Source of the DNA: an uncultured Bacteroidales bacterium
GTDB taxonomy: Bacteria; Bacteroidota; Bacteroidia; Bacteroidales; UBA7960
Reading direction: 5' to 3'
NCBI GenBank assembly: GCA_964410015.1
Contig: CAYPFV010000001.1
Location: 13,306-77,305, forward strand
Length of the DNA stretch: 64,000 nucleotides
This document shows, one piece after another, positions 39,633-49,542 of this stretch (within the stretch, counting starts at the first letter, position 1; the number at the start of each line of letters is the position of its first letter). Under the pieces are notes generated by a model. The model did no database searches, had not been told where the DNA came from, and worked only from the letters and a program-made list of their open reading frames with translations. The position numbers and the translations under genes are program-made.

Positions 39633-41198
39633 CTATTGGTCAAGAAAACGGTCAAGCAGAAAACCGACCAATTCGTATCCTTGTTCATTAAAGTGTATTC
39701 CATCTCTGGATAATTCGTCGTAAACAGGAAATATTGCTGATTGCAGATCAATATAGCGGATTTGTCTTTGTGATGCTACTTTGCGAAATTCATTGTTCAG
39801 GTATAAAATCCGTTTGGCACCCCCGTGATATTTTTCCTTCAGACGATCATCATTTGCAATGGGAGGAGGAGATATCATGATCACTTCGGGTGTTTTGCCC
39901 TGGGCATAATAGGTTTCTATTGAATCAATCAGTTGGTTATAAAAACCTGGCACCTCATTCAACCGGTCATGAAAAACTGCTTTAGCATCGTTGGTTCCTA
40001 ATAAAATAAGTATTTTAGTCAAATGGTTTTTTTCAGGATCGTAACGGGTAAGATGCTGGCGGATATTTTTCAAAGTATTTTTTGATTCTTGTCCGTTGTT
40101 ATCGAATCCAATGGTATTACCTGATATACTAGTATTATAAAAAACATCATGAAATCTTTCGTGCCGCAACCTGTCAACCCATCCACCTTTGTTTTGTCCG
40201 TTCGAATCACCAATCGCCAGTATGGTTTCAGATTCCAAATGATCAAGAGCTACCTGGGTAAGCATTTCATGTCCACCCTCAAAGATCACAATTTGTAATT
40301 TATCTTCATATTGCCGGGTATAATGGATATCGCGATCTGCTATCTGAAATTTTTTTTCTCCGGGAATGCTTCTGGACACAACCAATTCACGGATTATGTT
40401 GTCAGGAATCAATGATTCTGCCGACCGGGGGTTAAAATCTTTTACCACCTTGTTGTACATTTCCAATGAGTGGGTAATGGGTACTGAACCATTGTAACCA
40501 TCATGGATTCCGGCATAAATATATAATTTACTGTTTTTTCTTTTTTCCACAGGCGTATGCATCCAAAGCGGTGATCGATTTTTGGCTTCCTGCACATCAA
40601 TTTTGTTTTTATTTCCTGTTGTTGCTAATGCAATATGCTCTGCATATTTTCTCTGGCGACCAATGGATTCGTCATACCATTTTGCAAGATCAGTTATGGG
40701 AACCCAGGCAGAGAATGAACGGATCGAATACTTTGACTGCATATAGGCAATTAAAGTAGCATGCCCACCTCCACTTACACCTATCACATGAATGTGCTTG
40801 GGGTCTGCATTGCTGTTTTTTAATGCATATTCGATGGCATCATCAATATCTGAGGCTACAAGCGGACTTCCACATGCTTCCTGTGTATTGTTGGGTCCAC
40901 GAAAATCTGGCCGTATATAGTTTACATCGCGCGATAGAATTTCCCCAATCAACGGATCTTTTTGTTGGTAATTATTACTCCAGGTATGCAAACTCACAAC
41001 CAGGGGCTGAGGTTTCTTTTTCTGAGAAGCATAAAAGTAGGCCATTTGCATTTTACCATCTGCCGAAGATGGAATCATAACCTCTTCGAAAGGTTCGGGC
41101 CAGTCTGGTCTGCTGGTATCATCCCATTCCGGATCCTGGGCTAGAGCAGCAGCAATACAAAAATTCAGGAAAAGGATCATGCTGATCTTAGGGTTCAT
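39633..41198 (-). CDS. Secreted fusion protein: N-terminal alpha/beta-hydrolase (S9/esterase-like) plus C-terminal SGNH/GDSL hydrolase
   Basis: 521 aa with a signal peptide. The N-terminal half has the nucleophile elbow GVSGGGHA. The C-terminal half has the SGNH blocks AIGDSNG (I), GTND (III) and DGIHFN (V). Confidence 0.75.
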   Translation of the reverse strand: MNPKISMILFLNFCIAAALAQDPEWDDTSRPDWPEPFEEVMIPSSADGKMQMAYFYASQKKKPQPLVVSLHTWSNNYQQKDPLIGEILSRDVNYIRPDFRGPNNTQEACGSPLVASDIDDAIEYALKNSNADPKHIHVIGVSGGGHATLIAYMQSKYSIRSFSAWVPITDLAKWYDESIGRQRKYAEHIALATTGNKNKIDVQEAKNRSPLWMHTPVEKRKNSKLYIYAGIHDGYNGSVPITHSLEMYNKVVKDFNPRSAESLIPDNIIRELVVSRSIPGEKKFQIADRDIHYTRQYEDKLQIVIFEGGHEMLTQVALDHLESETILAIGDSNGQNKGGWVDRLRHERFHDVFYNTSISGNTIGFDNNGQESKNTLKNIRQHLTRYDPEKNHLTKILILLGTNDAKAVFHDRLNEVPGFYNQLIDSIETYYAQGKTPEVIMISPPPIANDDRLKEKYHGGAKRILYLNNEFRKVASQRQIRYIDLQSAIFPVYDELSRDGIHFNEQGYELVGFLLDRFLDQ

Positions 41199-41547
41199 AT
41201 GTGCAGATATTATACATTTGTTGATATTATTGCCTGACTATTGAATAAAGCAAATCATTAATGCTTATTACAAAGAACTTATATTTTAAAAAAACAAACC
41301 TTATGATTCTCACAGGAATTGCTCGCATTTACTGAAAAATTTATGAATCTACCCCAAAAACTCATTTTCGGAGAATTCGTAAAAATGTAATATTTTTAAA
41401 TATCTGAATTTCAAAAAATAATATCTATTTGTGTAATTTGCAGATAATCTCCTTTTGGGAGCAAACTCATTTAATGGTTTTCATAAAAACAGACTACTAC
41501 TTAGTAGCTATACAGGCATATTTTCCTGACGCAAAGTATCCGGATGT

Positions 41548-43338
41548 TCAAAGATCAGGTAGTGTAATTTCAGAAAATGAAGGCCAGCCTGTTTTGGTTA
41601 TAAAATCTATGTAGGTTTTCGCCCTATCCAGATCACTCATCTTTACACTCATCCTTGCTTTGGGTTCATGCCATGTCCATTGTCCACTAGGTACTTCATA
41701 AGGATATTCTTCTATTTCTTTTATCGATGCGCGTAATTCCTGCATACCCTCGGCAATAACAGGTACAATGGTCTCTTTGTAAAGGGTTGTGTCCTGCACA
41801 TATATGCGATATCCAAAATATATTTTATGTGTTGCACGGTGAAGTTTTGCTGTAATAAGGGTTCTGTTAAAGGTTTCATACAGGTCTTTGAAAGCATTTT
41901 GATCTTCTACAAATGGTTCAGATTTTTCAATGCTCTCAAGCGCATTTTTGGCTGTTTCAACAGCAAAATCCTTTTCGGTGAGGATATATTCAAGGTAGGT
42001 GGTATCCATTTTTTCTTCATAACTCACCCAGTTTTTTTCAAAAACTTCAGGGTTTTCACCATAAAAGCGCCCTCCAATATTTTTATATTTTTTGGGCGAA
42101 AGATGTTCGACCACATCTTTAAAATAATGAAACTCCTTATTCACATTGTGCCCGATATACACAAGTGGAGGATCGTACCATCTGCCGGCAACGAACCGGT
42201 TATAACTACTGATATAATCAATATTTAATGCTGAGTGGTCGGTAGTGTTTGTACCGAGGGTATAAAAGCTGGAATTATTAATATCTATTGCTGCCTTAAA
42301 TGCTGGTTTTATAAATGGAATGCTTTGTTTTCCATATTTTTTCCCAATAAACTCATCGAGGACCTGATCTTCAGTAATGGTAGTATCTTCTGCTGCACGG
42401 TGAAGGGCATAGAGCAAAACCTCAGATGGGCGGTTGATGATTTTTGTAGTTCCATAACGGTCAGTTCTGGCCACATAACCTATTACATGATCATATTGCA
42501 TATAATACTTCCAGCGATCCAGTATGAGCTGCGTAAAGGTATTAGCAACAATGCCCTGACCATTATATTCATGGGCAGCATCAAATTCTATTATAACAGG
42601 ATATTTAAGATCTGCAACATAATCCTGTACCGGATGAAAATTAAAGAAATCATGAGGTGTTTCTTTCACCATAATCTTCAAATCAGGATGATTGATGTAA
42701 TTTAAAGACCCCAGGATAACATCTTTATCCCATTGATCGTGGATAAAAGTTCGGATATGCATCTTTTTACCCAGTTCATTGATCACAATATCTGCTACTG
42801 AATCTACCACCATTGCCATTTTCTGGTAATCGTTTAAATTCTCAGAAAATTGATCCCTGATCGGGGAACCGGTTTCAATAAAAGTAAATACAATACCATC
42901 AACATCAGGTATCAGGGCAAACATTTCCCTGTAATCTTCTCTGAACCATTTCCAAAACTCCGGATCATCCAGATTTAGTCTTCTGTCATGTACTGAATCA
43001 ACCATAAACTTTCCTGGATAATAATCCTTTTGATAAAAGGCACGATCCCAAACAAATACATCTTTTATGCCCGCTTTGTGTGCACTATCTATCAGTTGAT
43101 TGGTTTTTTCTCTTAACCACTCTGTTTTCACATGTTGCAGGTCCATAATCAGGTGATGCGAAAGCTCCAGATGATTGATCTGATAGTCTTTACTGGCTTC
43201 AATCACTTCTAATGCATTATCAAAATGATCAGATAGAATATTCCAACCTCTTACCTCAACAGGACGCTTATGATCTTCGCTGCATGATGAAATTAAAAAT
43301 AAAAAAATGACAAAAGGTACCACTACAAATCTTTTCAT
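41548..43338 (-). CDS. Lipoprotein, putative TIM-barrel glycoside-hydrolase-like protein (family not assigned)
   Basis: 596 aa. Signal peptide with lipobox LISSCS. The N-terminal ~330 aa show an alternating beta/alpha pattern with acidic residues at strand ends (FTFIETGS, IIEFDAAHEY), reminiscent of GH20/GH67-type barrels. The call is weak and from pattern only. Confidence 0.35.
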   Translation of the reverse strand: MKRFVVVPFVIFLFLISSCSEDHKRPVEVRGWNILSDHFDNALEVIEASKDYQINHLELSHHLIMDLQHVKTEWLREKTNQLIDSAHKAGIKDVFVWDRAFYQKDYYPGKFMVDSVHDRRLNLDDPEFWKWFREDYREMFALIPDVDGIVFTFIETGSPIRDQFSENLNDYQKMAMVVDSVADIVINELGKKMHIRTFIHDQWDKDVILGSLNYINHPDLKIMVKETPHDFFNFHPVQDYVADLKYPVIIEFDAAHEYNGQGIVANTFTQLILDRWKYYMQYDHVIGYVARTDRYGTTKIINRPSEVLLYALHRAAEDTTITEDQVLDEFIGKKYGKQSIPFIKPAFKAAIDINNSSFYTLGTNTTDHSALNIDYISSYNRFVAGRWYDPPLVYIGHNVNKEFHYFKDVVEHLSPKKYKNIGGRFYGENPEVFEKNWVSYEEKMDTTYLEYILTEKDFAVETAKNALESIEKSEPFVEDQNAFKDLYETFNRTLITAKLHRATHKIYFGYRIYVQDTTLYKETIVPVIAEGMQELRASIKEIEEYPYEVPSGQWTWHEPKARMSVKMSDLDRAKTYIDFITKTGWPSFSEITLPDL

Positions 43339-43784
43339 ACGCTGTCAATGAATCGTTAATGTTTTTTAATTGCATTTATTTTTCAGGAGTTAATTAAGGT
43401 AATGTTTTGTTGCATTTTGAAATAAATAGTTGTTCACATCTTGTTACTCATAAGCCTTTCCTTTGTGCTTCAATTATAAAGACAACTTAAAATATCCTAA
43501 TGATTTTCCTGCCTTTTTTTTATAAAAAACATTTAAGGATAACAACACCCTGCACCCTACAAAATAATTGAAATAAAAATAATAAAATTTGATCCCGACA
43601 GGGGGAAATATAATCTCAAATCAGGTGCTAATCTACAAAATTGAAGATTTTATAATGGTGCTAATTACTATGATATCCGCTCTTGTAAAATACTTTTAGA
43701 CAGAATTTGCAAAATGAACATTACAATGGCCATTCAGCGATATATCGAATAAGAAATTCCGGGAGCAATGCTTAAAAATATAAG

Positions 43785-43792
43785 TATTTTTG
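43785..43792 (+). promoter_or_regulatory. Candidate -7 promoter motif TATTTTTG for miaB
   Basis: TAnnTTTG match 100 nt upstream of the miaB ATG. Confidence 0.3.
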
Positions 43793-43892
43793 TACCTGAT
43801 TGCGATCTGATTGTCAGCAAACAGATTCTGGAAGGAAAGCAAAGATTTTGATTAACAATGAAAAACCTCTTTGAAATATTTAAACAAAAGAA

Positions 43893-45227
43893 ATGACCAA
43901 AAAAAACGTATATATAGAAACCTACGGATGCCAGATGAATTTTTCTGATAGTGAGATTGTGGCATCAATTATGACAGATAACAATTACCAAACCACACAA
44001 AATGCAGAGGGTGCCGATGTAATTTTTCTCAATACATGTTCCATTCGCGAAAATGCAGAACAAAAGGTTTTTAACAGGCTGAGGCAACTTCAGGTATTAC
44101 GTAAAAATAAACCTGAGCTTATTATTGGATTGCTGGGATGTATGGCAGAAAGGCTCAAAAATTCGTTGCTCGAAGAAGACCAAAAAGGATTAAGACTCGA
44201 GATGGTTGTCGGACCAGACGCCTACCGCGACTTGCCCGGATTGCTTTCTGATGTGGAAAGTGGTCAGAAAGCAGTAAATGTTCTTTTATCGGCCGAAGAA
44301 ACCTATGCAGATATTGCGCCGGTGAGATATTCCGGAAATGGCATTTCCGCTTTTATTTCCATCATGAGAGGGTGCGAGAACTTTTGCACCTATTGCGTAG
44401 TGCCCTATACCAGAGGAAAGGAAAGAAGCCGCAACCCCGAAAGTATTCTTAGCGAAGCAGCGAAATTGTTTGACAACGGATATCGCGAAATAACACTCCT
44501 GGGACAAAATGTTAACTCGTATCAATGGAAAAACAAAGACACAACATGGAATTTTCCTGATCTTTTAAAAGAGGTGGCAAAGGTAAACCCAAAACTAAGG
44601 GTCAGATTTGCCACATCTCACCCGAAAGATATGTCAGATCAATTGCTGCAAACTATTGCCGAACATCCGAATATTTGCAGGGCTATACATTTGCCTGTTC
44701 AGTCGGGAAGCAGTTCAGTGCTGAAACGTATGAACCGCAAATACACAAAAGAAATTTACATGGACCGCATCCGATCCATAAGAAATTACATCCCTGATTG
44801 TGCCATCAGCACTGATATTATTGCGGGTTTTTGTGGCGAAAGCGAAGAAGAACATCAGGAAACCATCGGTTTGATGCAATGGGCAAAATACGATTTCGCC
44901 TTCATGTTTAAATATTCTGAAAGACCAGGAACAACTGCTGCCAAAAGGTTTAGCGACGATGTGGAGGAAAAAGTTAAAAGCAGAAGACTTCAGGAAATTA
45001 TTCATCTTCAAAACCAACTATCGCTTCAAAGCAGTCAAAAAGATATTGGGAAAGTATTTGAAATTTTGGTGGAAGGAAGATCAAAAAAATCTTCAGAAAT
45101 GGTTTCAGGTCGTAATTCTCAAAACAAAGTAGTGGTTTTCCCCAACAAAGGTTTTAATCCGGGAGATTATGTAAATGTAAAAATAACTGAGTGCACTTCA
45201 GCAACACTCAAAGGTGATTCAATATGA
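43893..45227 (+). CDS. miaB: tRNA-i6A37 methylthiotransferase
   Basis: 444 aa. The UPF0004 N-domain has YIETYGCQMNFSDSE, the radical-SAM motif is CENFCTYCVVP, and a C-terminal TRAM domain is present. Confidence 0.92.
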   Translation: MTKKNVYIETYGCQMNFSDSEIVASIMTDNNYQTTQNAEGADVIFLNTCSIRENAEQKVFNRLRQLQVLRKNKPELIIGLLGCMAERLKNSLLEEDQKGLRLEMVVGPDAYRDLPGLLSDVESGQKAVNVLLSAEETYADIAPVRYSGNGISAFISIMRGCENFCTYCVVPYTRGKERSRNPESILSEAAKLFDNGYREITLLGQNVNSYQWKNKDTTWNFPDLLKEVAKVNPKLRVRFATSHPKDMSDQLLQTIAEHPNICRAIHLPVQSGSSSVLKRMNRKYTKEIYMDRIRSIRNYIPDCAISTDIIAGFCGESEEEHQETIGLMQWAKYDFAFMFKYSERPGTTAAKRFSDDVEEKVKSRRLQEIIHLQNQLSLQSSQKDIGKVFEILVEGRSKKSSEMVSGRNSQNKVVVFPNKGFNPGDYVNVKITECTSATLKGDSI

Positions 45228-45245
45228 ACCTGTAATCATCAAATA

Positions 45246-45935
45246 TTATCCTGTTTGTTTCTTATGCTGTAAGAGTGCTTCCGCTAAAAACAAATCGCCC
45301 GGGGATGTGATTTTGATGTTTTCTGTATTTCCCTCAGAGAGGTAAATACGTTCCCCGGCTTTTTCAAGCACAGAAGCATCATCGGTAAAGGCTTCATGAA
45401 ACTGAACATCATAGGCTTTTTTAATCATGTTGGCACGGAAACACTGTGGAGTTTGCACAATTTTCACCTGATCTCGGTTGATGGGTTTATTAAAAGCATT
45501 TTCTACCCATCTTACAGATTCATTCATACTGATAACCGGGATGGCATTGCCATAAAAACTGGCCATGCGAAAAGCTTCGCTGATTGTTTTTTGAGAGACA
45601 AGAGGACGCACACCATCATGTATAGCAACCAAAGATTGGTCATCAACCAGTTTAAGACCATTTTTCACCGAATGGAAACGGGTTGGACCCCCTGTAACCT
45701 TTTTAACAGGCACAGAAAATTCATATTGCTGGGTGATCTGATCCCACAATTCTTCATACCTGGCAGGTAAAACCAATATGACCCGGATACAGGAATCAAA
45801 CCGGAAAAAAGTTTCAATGGTATGAAACAAAATGGGTTTACCACCCAACAGCAAAAATTGCTTAGGGGTAGAATTTTGCATGCGCAAACCTGCTCCACCG
45901 GCAGTTATGATCACATATCGTTTCAATTCTGACAT
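45246..45935 (-). CDS. ispD: 2-C-methyl-D-erythritol 4-phosphate cytidylyltransferase
   Basis: 229 aa. N-terminal ITAGGAGLRM...PKQFL and VAIHDGVRP motifs are typical of IspD. Confidence 0.9.
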   Translation of the reverse strand: MSELKRYVIITAGGAGLRMQNSTPKQFLLLGGKPILFHTIETFFRFDSCIRVILVLPARYEELWDQITQQYEFSVPVKKVTGGPTRFHSVKNGLKLVDDQSLVAIHDGVRPLVSQKTISEAFRMASFYGNAIPVISMNESVRWVENAFNKPINRDQVKIVQTPQCFRANMIKKAYDVQFHEAFTDDASVLEKAGERIYLSEGNTENIKITSPGDLFLAEALLQHKKQTG

Positions 45936-45972
45936 TTACTGGATTTGTTGGATAGCATCAAATCAATAAAAG

Positions 45973-46108
45973 ATGAACACAACCATGACAATATTATTGA
46001 CACACACACGAAATTATTAGAATTTCAAAGCACGGAAAAAAGTATAAAAACCGATATTGTTGGCGAGCTCTCATGTTAAAAAAGCGAAAACTGAATTAAT
46101 CAAATTAT
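45973..46108 (+). repeat. ~130-nt dispersed intergenic repeat, copy 2 (most divergent)
   Basis: Shares atgaac..a.ccatgacaata.tattgacacacacacg, ttggcgagctc and aatcaaattat with the other copies. It starts 38 nt upstream of the ispD start codon, on the opposite strand. Confidence 0.8.
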
Positions 46109-46238
46109 GAGTCTGTTCCGAAAAGTCCTTTTTAATTAATTAGTGAAAACTCTAATTGCTAATTTGCTGATATTCAATGATATGCGTTAGCGTTAATTTG
46201 TGTAATTTGTGGATAATAAACTTTTCAGAATGGACTCA
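46108..46238 (+). other. Long-range 19-nt imperfect inverted repeat enclosing a 93-nt taatt-rich segment
   Basis: tgagtctgttccgaaaagt (46108-46126) pairs with acttttcagaatggactca (46220-46238). Of 19 positions, 16 are Watson-Crick, 2 are G-U-compatible only on the plus strand, and 1 is a mismatch. Confidence 0.5.
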
Positions 46239-46318
46239 ATTATTATATAATAAAATAACCATTAAGATGTCTGCAAAACAGTTTCCGGGAGTTTATTTCT
46301 TTACCTTTGCCAATAAAA

Positions 46319-47368
46319 TCAGATAACAAGCATAGCATCACCATAGGTGAAAAACTTATATTTCTCTTTTACTGCTGTTTTGTAAACCCTCATCAAAAGA
46401 TCGAATCCTGTAAAACCTGCCACCATCATCATGAGTGTTGACTGTGGTAAATGAAAGTTTGAGATCATTGAATCGGCAACACTGAAGTCGTAGGGTGGAT
46501 AAATAAATTTATTTGTCCATCCTTCGTAGGGTTTTACATGACCATAAATACTTACTGAAGATTCCAGCGCTCTCATGGTAGTGGTGCCAACAGAGCAAAC
46601 CCTGCTTCTTCTTTCTTTGGCTGCATTGATAGTGTTGGCTGTAGCAGGCTCAATGATAAATTGCTCTGAATCCATTTTATGCTTGCTCAGATCTTCCACA
46701 TCTACACTTCTGAAATTACCAAGACCTGCATGCAAGGTTATCTCGGCAAAAGTAATGCCTTTTAGTTCAAGTCTTTTGACCAATTCTCTGCTAAAATGCA
46801 TACCCGCAGTTGGCGCTGCAACGGCCCCTTCTCTTTTGGCAAATACAGTTTGGTATCTTTCCTTGTCTTCAGGTTCAACAGGTCGTTGAATAATTTTGGG
46901 AAGAGGGGTTTCTCCAAGAGTTTCCACTGTTTTTTTAAACTCATCATAGGTGCCATCAAATAAAAATCTGAGTGTTCGTCCGCGTGAGGTCGTATTGTCA
47001 ATGACTTCAGCGACCAGGTTGTCGTCATCTCCAAAATATAACTTGTTGCCAATCCGGATTTTTCTTGCAGGATCTACAAGTACATCCCATAATTTGGCTT
47101 CGCGATTAAGTTCTCTCAAAAGAAATACTTCTATTTGGGCACCTGTTTTTTCTTTTGTACCGTATAGGCGGGCGGGGAAGACTTTTGTATTGTTTACCAC
47201 CATCACATCTCCATCGTTAAAATAATCCAGAATATCTCTAAACATCCTATGCTCTATTTCCCCGGTATTTTTATGCACAACCATGAGTCTTGATTCATCT
47301 CTGTTTTCCGACGGGTGTGATGCGATCAGTTCGCTCGGAAGATTAAATTTAAAATCCGATAATTTCAT
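46319..47368 (-). CDS. queA: S-adenosylmethionine:tRNA ribosyltransferase-isomerase
   Basis: 349 aa. [17 protein letters not shown]...RDESRLMV and AAPTAGMHF / [10 protein letters not shown] motifs are typical of QueA. Confidence 0.93.
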   Translation of the reverse strand: MKLSDFKFNLPSELIASHPSENRDESRLMVVHKNTGEIEHRMFRDILDYFNDGDVMVVNNTKVFPARLYGTKEKTGAQIEVFLLRELNREAKLWDVLVDPARKIRIGNKLYFGDDDNLVAEVIDNTTSRGRTLRFLFDGTYDEFKKTVETLGETPLPKIIQRPVEPEDKERYQTVFAKREGAVAAPTAGMHFSRELVKRLELKGITFAEITLHAGLGNFRSVDVEDLSKHKMDSEQFIIEPATANTINAAKERRSRVCSVGTTTMRALESSVSIYGHVKPYEGWTNKFIYPPYDFSVADSMISNFHLPQSTLMMMVAGFTGFDLLMRVYKTAVKEKYKFFTYGDAMLVI

Positions 47369-47649
47369 AGTGAAAAATTTTAGGTATTGGGTTTACAATA
47401 GTATTATTCGAGTTCAGCGATAAAAAAGCTGTGCGCACCTTTTGGTGTGTTTACTACTTTTAGTGTTTAGGTATTTCAATCATCTTATGCTTCCAATACA
47501 AGGTAATCAGAGGCATCAGCTTAGAAATAAAACATTCATCCACTGACCAGTAATGACTTGTTTTACGTCCTGAACGTTCCATTCAATTTTTGTATCTTAT
47601 CAATTATATTTTAGAAATACCTGTTTTTTTGCTGACACTAAGTGATTGG

Positions 47650-47666
47650 ATGCAAAAGTTTTGCAT
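47650..47666. promoter_or_regulatory. 17-nt perfect palindrome atgcaaaa-g-ttttgcat (possible protein-binding site)
   Basis: Read directly from the sequence. It lies in the truB-queA spacer, ~280 nt upstream of the queA ATG. The one-nucleotide spacer argues for a DNA site rather than an RNA hairpin. Confidence 0.3.
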
Positions 47667-47771
47667 ATCAGATAAGAGGTGTGCAAAGATAATACATCAA
47701 AAAAACCGTGTCAACATATTTGTTCATAAAAACAAACAAAAAAGTGTTGCTTTTCTCTGAACGGAACTATA

Positions 47772-48551
47772 CTATTGCTTTGGTTGATTTGTGATTTGAA
47801 GTTCCAGGGTGTCAAACCAGTTTTGCAGCTGCTGGATTGACAAGGCATTTTTAACATGGAAATCGCCTATTTGCGTCCTTCTGAGTTTTTTTAAGTAGGC
47901 ACCCGTGTGCAATGCCTTTCCGTAATCGCGGGCAATTGAACGGATATACGTGCCTTTACTACAGTCAATTAAAAAATCAACTTCGGGCAGTCTTATATCG
48001 GTAATCTCAAAGTTATGAATGGTAATGATATTAGCCTCCAGCAAAGTTTCCTCACCTCGACGGGCGTGATAATAGGCTCTCTCTCCCTGTATTTTTTTTG
48101 CCGAAAACAATGGTGGTACTTGTTCAATCTCTCCTTTAAACAATAAAGTTGCTGCAGATATTTTTTCAGGAGTGATATGATCTACAGGATAAACAAAATC
48201 AGGATCAGTTTCAAGATCAGATGAGGGTGTTGAAGCACCCAGGTAAAATGTACCAATATATTGTTTTGGTTGACGCTGGAAAGTTTCAATGGATTTGGTC
48301 ATTTTACCAGTACAAATGATCAACAGACCACTGGCAAGGGGATCTAATGTACCAGCATGACCCACTTTAATTTTTTTTAACCCCAAACGGTGCCGAAGCA
48401 ATGCTTTTACTTTTTTTACAATGTCGAACGAGGTCCATTCCAGTGGTTTATCGATCAGAAGCGTTTTTCCTTCGAGAAATTCGGCACTCAATTGCTCTTT
48501 TTTATTCAAAGTTGTGATGGAAAATTCTGGCAGGGAAGTAACAAAAGACAC
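47772..48551 (-). CDS. truB: tRNA pseudouridine(55) synthase
   Basis: 259 aa with the catalytic motif GHAGTLDPLASGLL and a conserved downstream YIRSIARD. Confidence 0.92.
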   Translation of the reverse strand: MSFVTSLPEFSITTLNKKEQLSAEFLEGKTLLIDKPLEWTSFDIVKKVKALLRHRLGLKKIKVGHAGTLDPLASGLLIICTGKMTKSIETFQRQPKQYIGTFYLGASTPSSDLETDPDFVYPVDHITPEKISAATLLFKGEIEQVPPLFSAKKIQGERAYYHARRGEETLLEANIITIHNFEITDIRLPEVDFLIDCSKGTYIRSIARDYGKALHTGAYLKKLRRTQIGDFHVKNALSIQQLQNWFDTLELQITNQPKQ

Positions 48552-48608
48552 CCTAACCCGGTTTTACATTAGAAATATTTATAGGAAATAATCATCTGGG
48601 ACAAATCC

Positions 48609-49403
48609 TTAAACTGACATTCCTGTAATAATGGCAATGATGCCTATTACCAAGCAATAGATTGAGAAGTAATATAATTTGCCTTTTCTTACAATACTAA
48701 GCATCCAGTTAGCAGCCAACAATCCCGAAAGAAATGCTGCCAGAGTGCCTGTTAAAAGAGCGGAAGCGGATAACTGCGAAGCTTGCGTGGAAGAAGCCAC
48801 TTCAATAAGCTCCAGTAAGGAAGCGCCGAAAATGGGGATAAGAACCATCAGAAAAGAAAACCGTGTGGCTTTTACTTTATCAATCCCCAAATACAAAGCA
48901 GTGCTGATGGTGGCTCCGCTTCGGCTGATCCCGGGCAAAATGGCCAAAGTTTGCGCCAAACCTATGATCAGAGCACTTTTCAAGGTAATATTTTTTGTGC
49001 CATGAGGAGCAAACCGGGTTAAAAATAATAAAGTTGCTGTAGCAAGCAACATCGAACCTACAAAAACTACATTGCCTTCAAAAAGTTGCTCGAGACGTTC
49101 TTTAAAAACAAAACCCACAACCGCAACAGGGATAGCAGATACGATTAGTAAAGCAATAAACTGCGTTTCTATGTTCCATTGAAATCTGAATAACTCACGA
49201 ATCAGGTGTAAAATATCTTTTCTAAAAACTACCACAACACTTAAAAAAGTGGCTCCATGCACTAGTATGTTAAAAGTGAGATTTTCTCCTTCTGTAAGTT
49301 CAAAAAAGGCCATGCCAAGTTCAAGATGACCACTGCTGCTCACAGGCAAAAATTCTGTTAAACCCTGCAATAAACCTAAAATCAGTGCTTCTATCCAGTT
49401 CAT
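48609..49403 (-). CDS. uppP: Undecaprenyl-diphosphate phosphatase
   Basis: 264 aa polytopic membrane protein. The conserved elements LGLLQGLTEFLPVSSSGH and PGISRSGATI are UppP/BacA signatures. Confidence 0.92.
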   Translation of the reverse strand: MNWIEALILGLLQGLTEFLPVSSSGHLELGMAFFELTEGENLTFNILVHGATFLSVVVVFRKDILHLIRELFRFQWNIETQFIALLIVSAIPVAVVGFVFKERLEQLFEGNVVFVGSMLLATATLLFLTRFAPHGTKNITLKSALIIGLAQTLAILPGISRSGATISTALYLGIDKVKATRFSFLMVLIPIFGASLLELIEVASSTQASQLSASALLTGTLAAFLSGLLAANWMLSIVRKGKLYYFSIYCLVIGIIAIITGMSV

Positions 49404-49542
49404 TTTTTTTAATTTGATTAATTGGATCAGGTTTCATCCATAGCATTACAGCTGATTTCTACCACGCATTGTTTGCCAAAGGTTAATTATTTACAATAAA
49501 AAGTACATCATAAACCCTTTTCCATTGTGATACTCCTGACAG

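Noticed and set aside
43858-43896. 12-codon upstream ORF (MKNLFEIFKQKK) whose TGA overlaps the miaB ATG (ATGA)
   Set aside because: It is very short and Lys-rich in AT-rich DNA, with nothing to suggest a leader-peptide mechanism for miaB. It is most likely chance. I noted it only because of the ATGA overlap.
46302-46309. Plus-strand TACCTTTG promoter-like motif pointing into the 3' end of queA
   Set aside because: It is an exact TAnnTTTG match, but no plus-strand gene follows. A six-position motif is expected by chance many times in 64 kb of AT-rich sequence. It would matter only if a plus-strand RNA is detected at 45970-46320.
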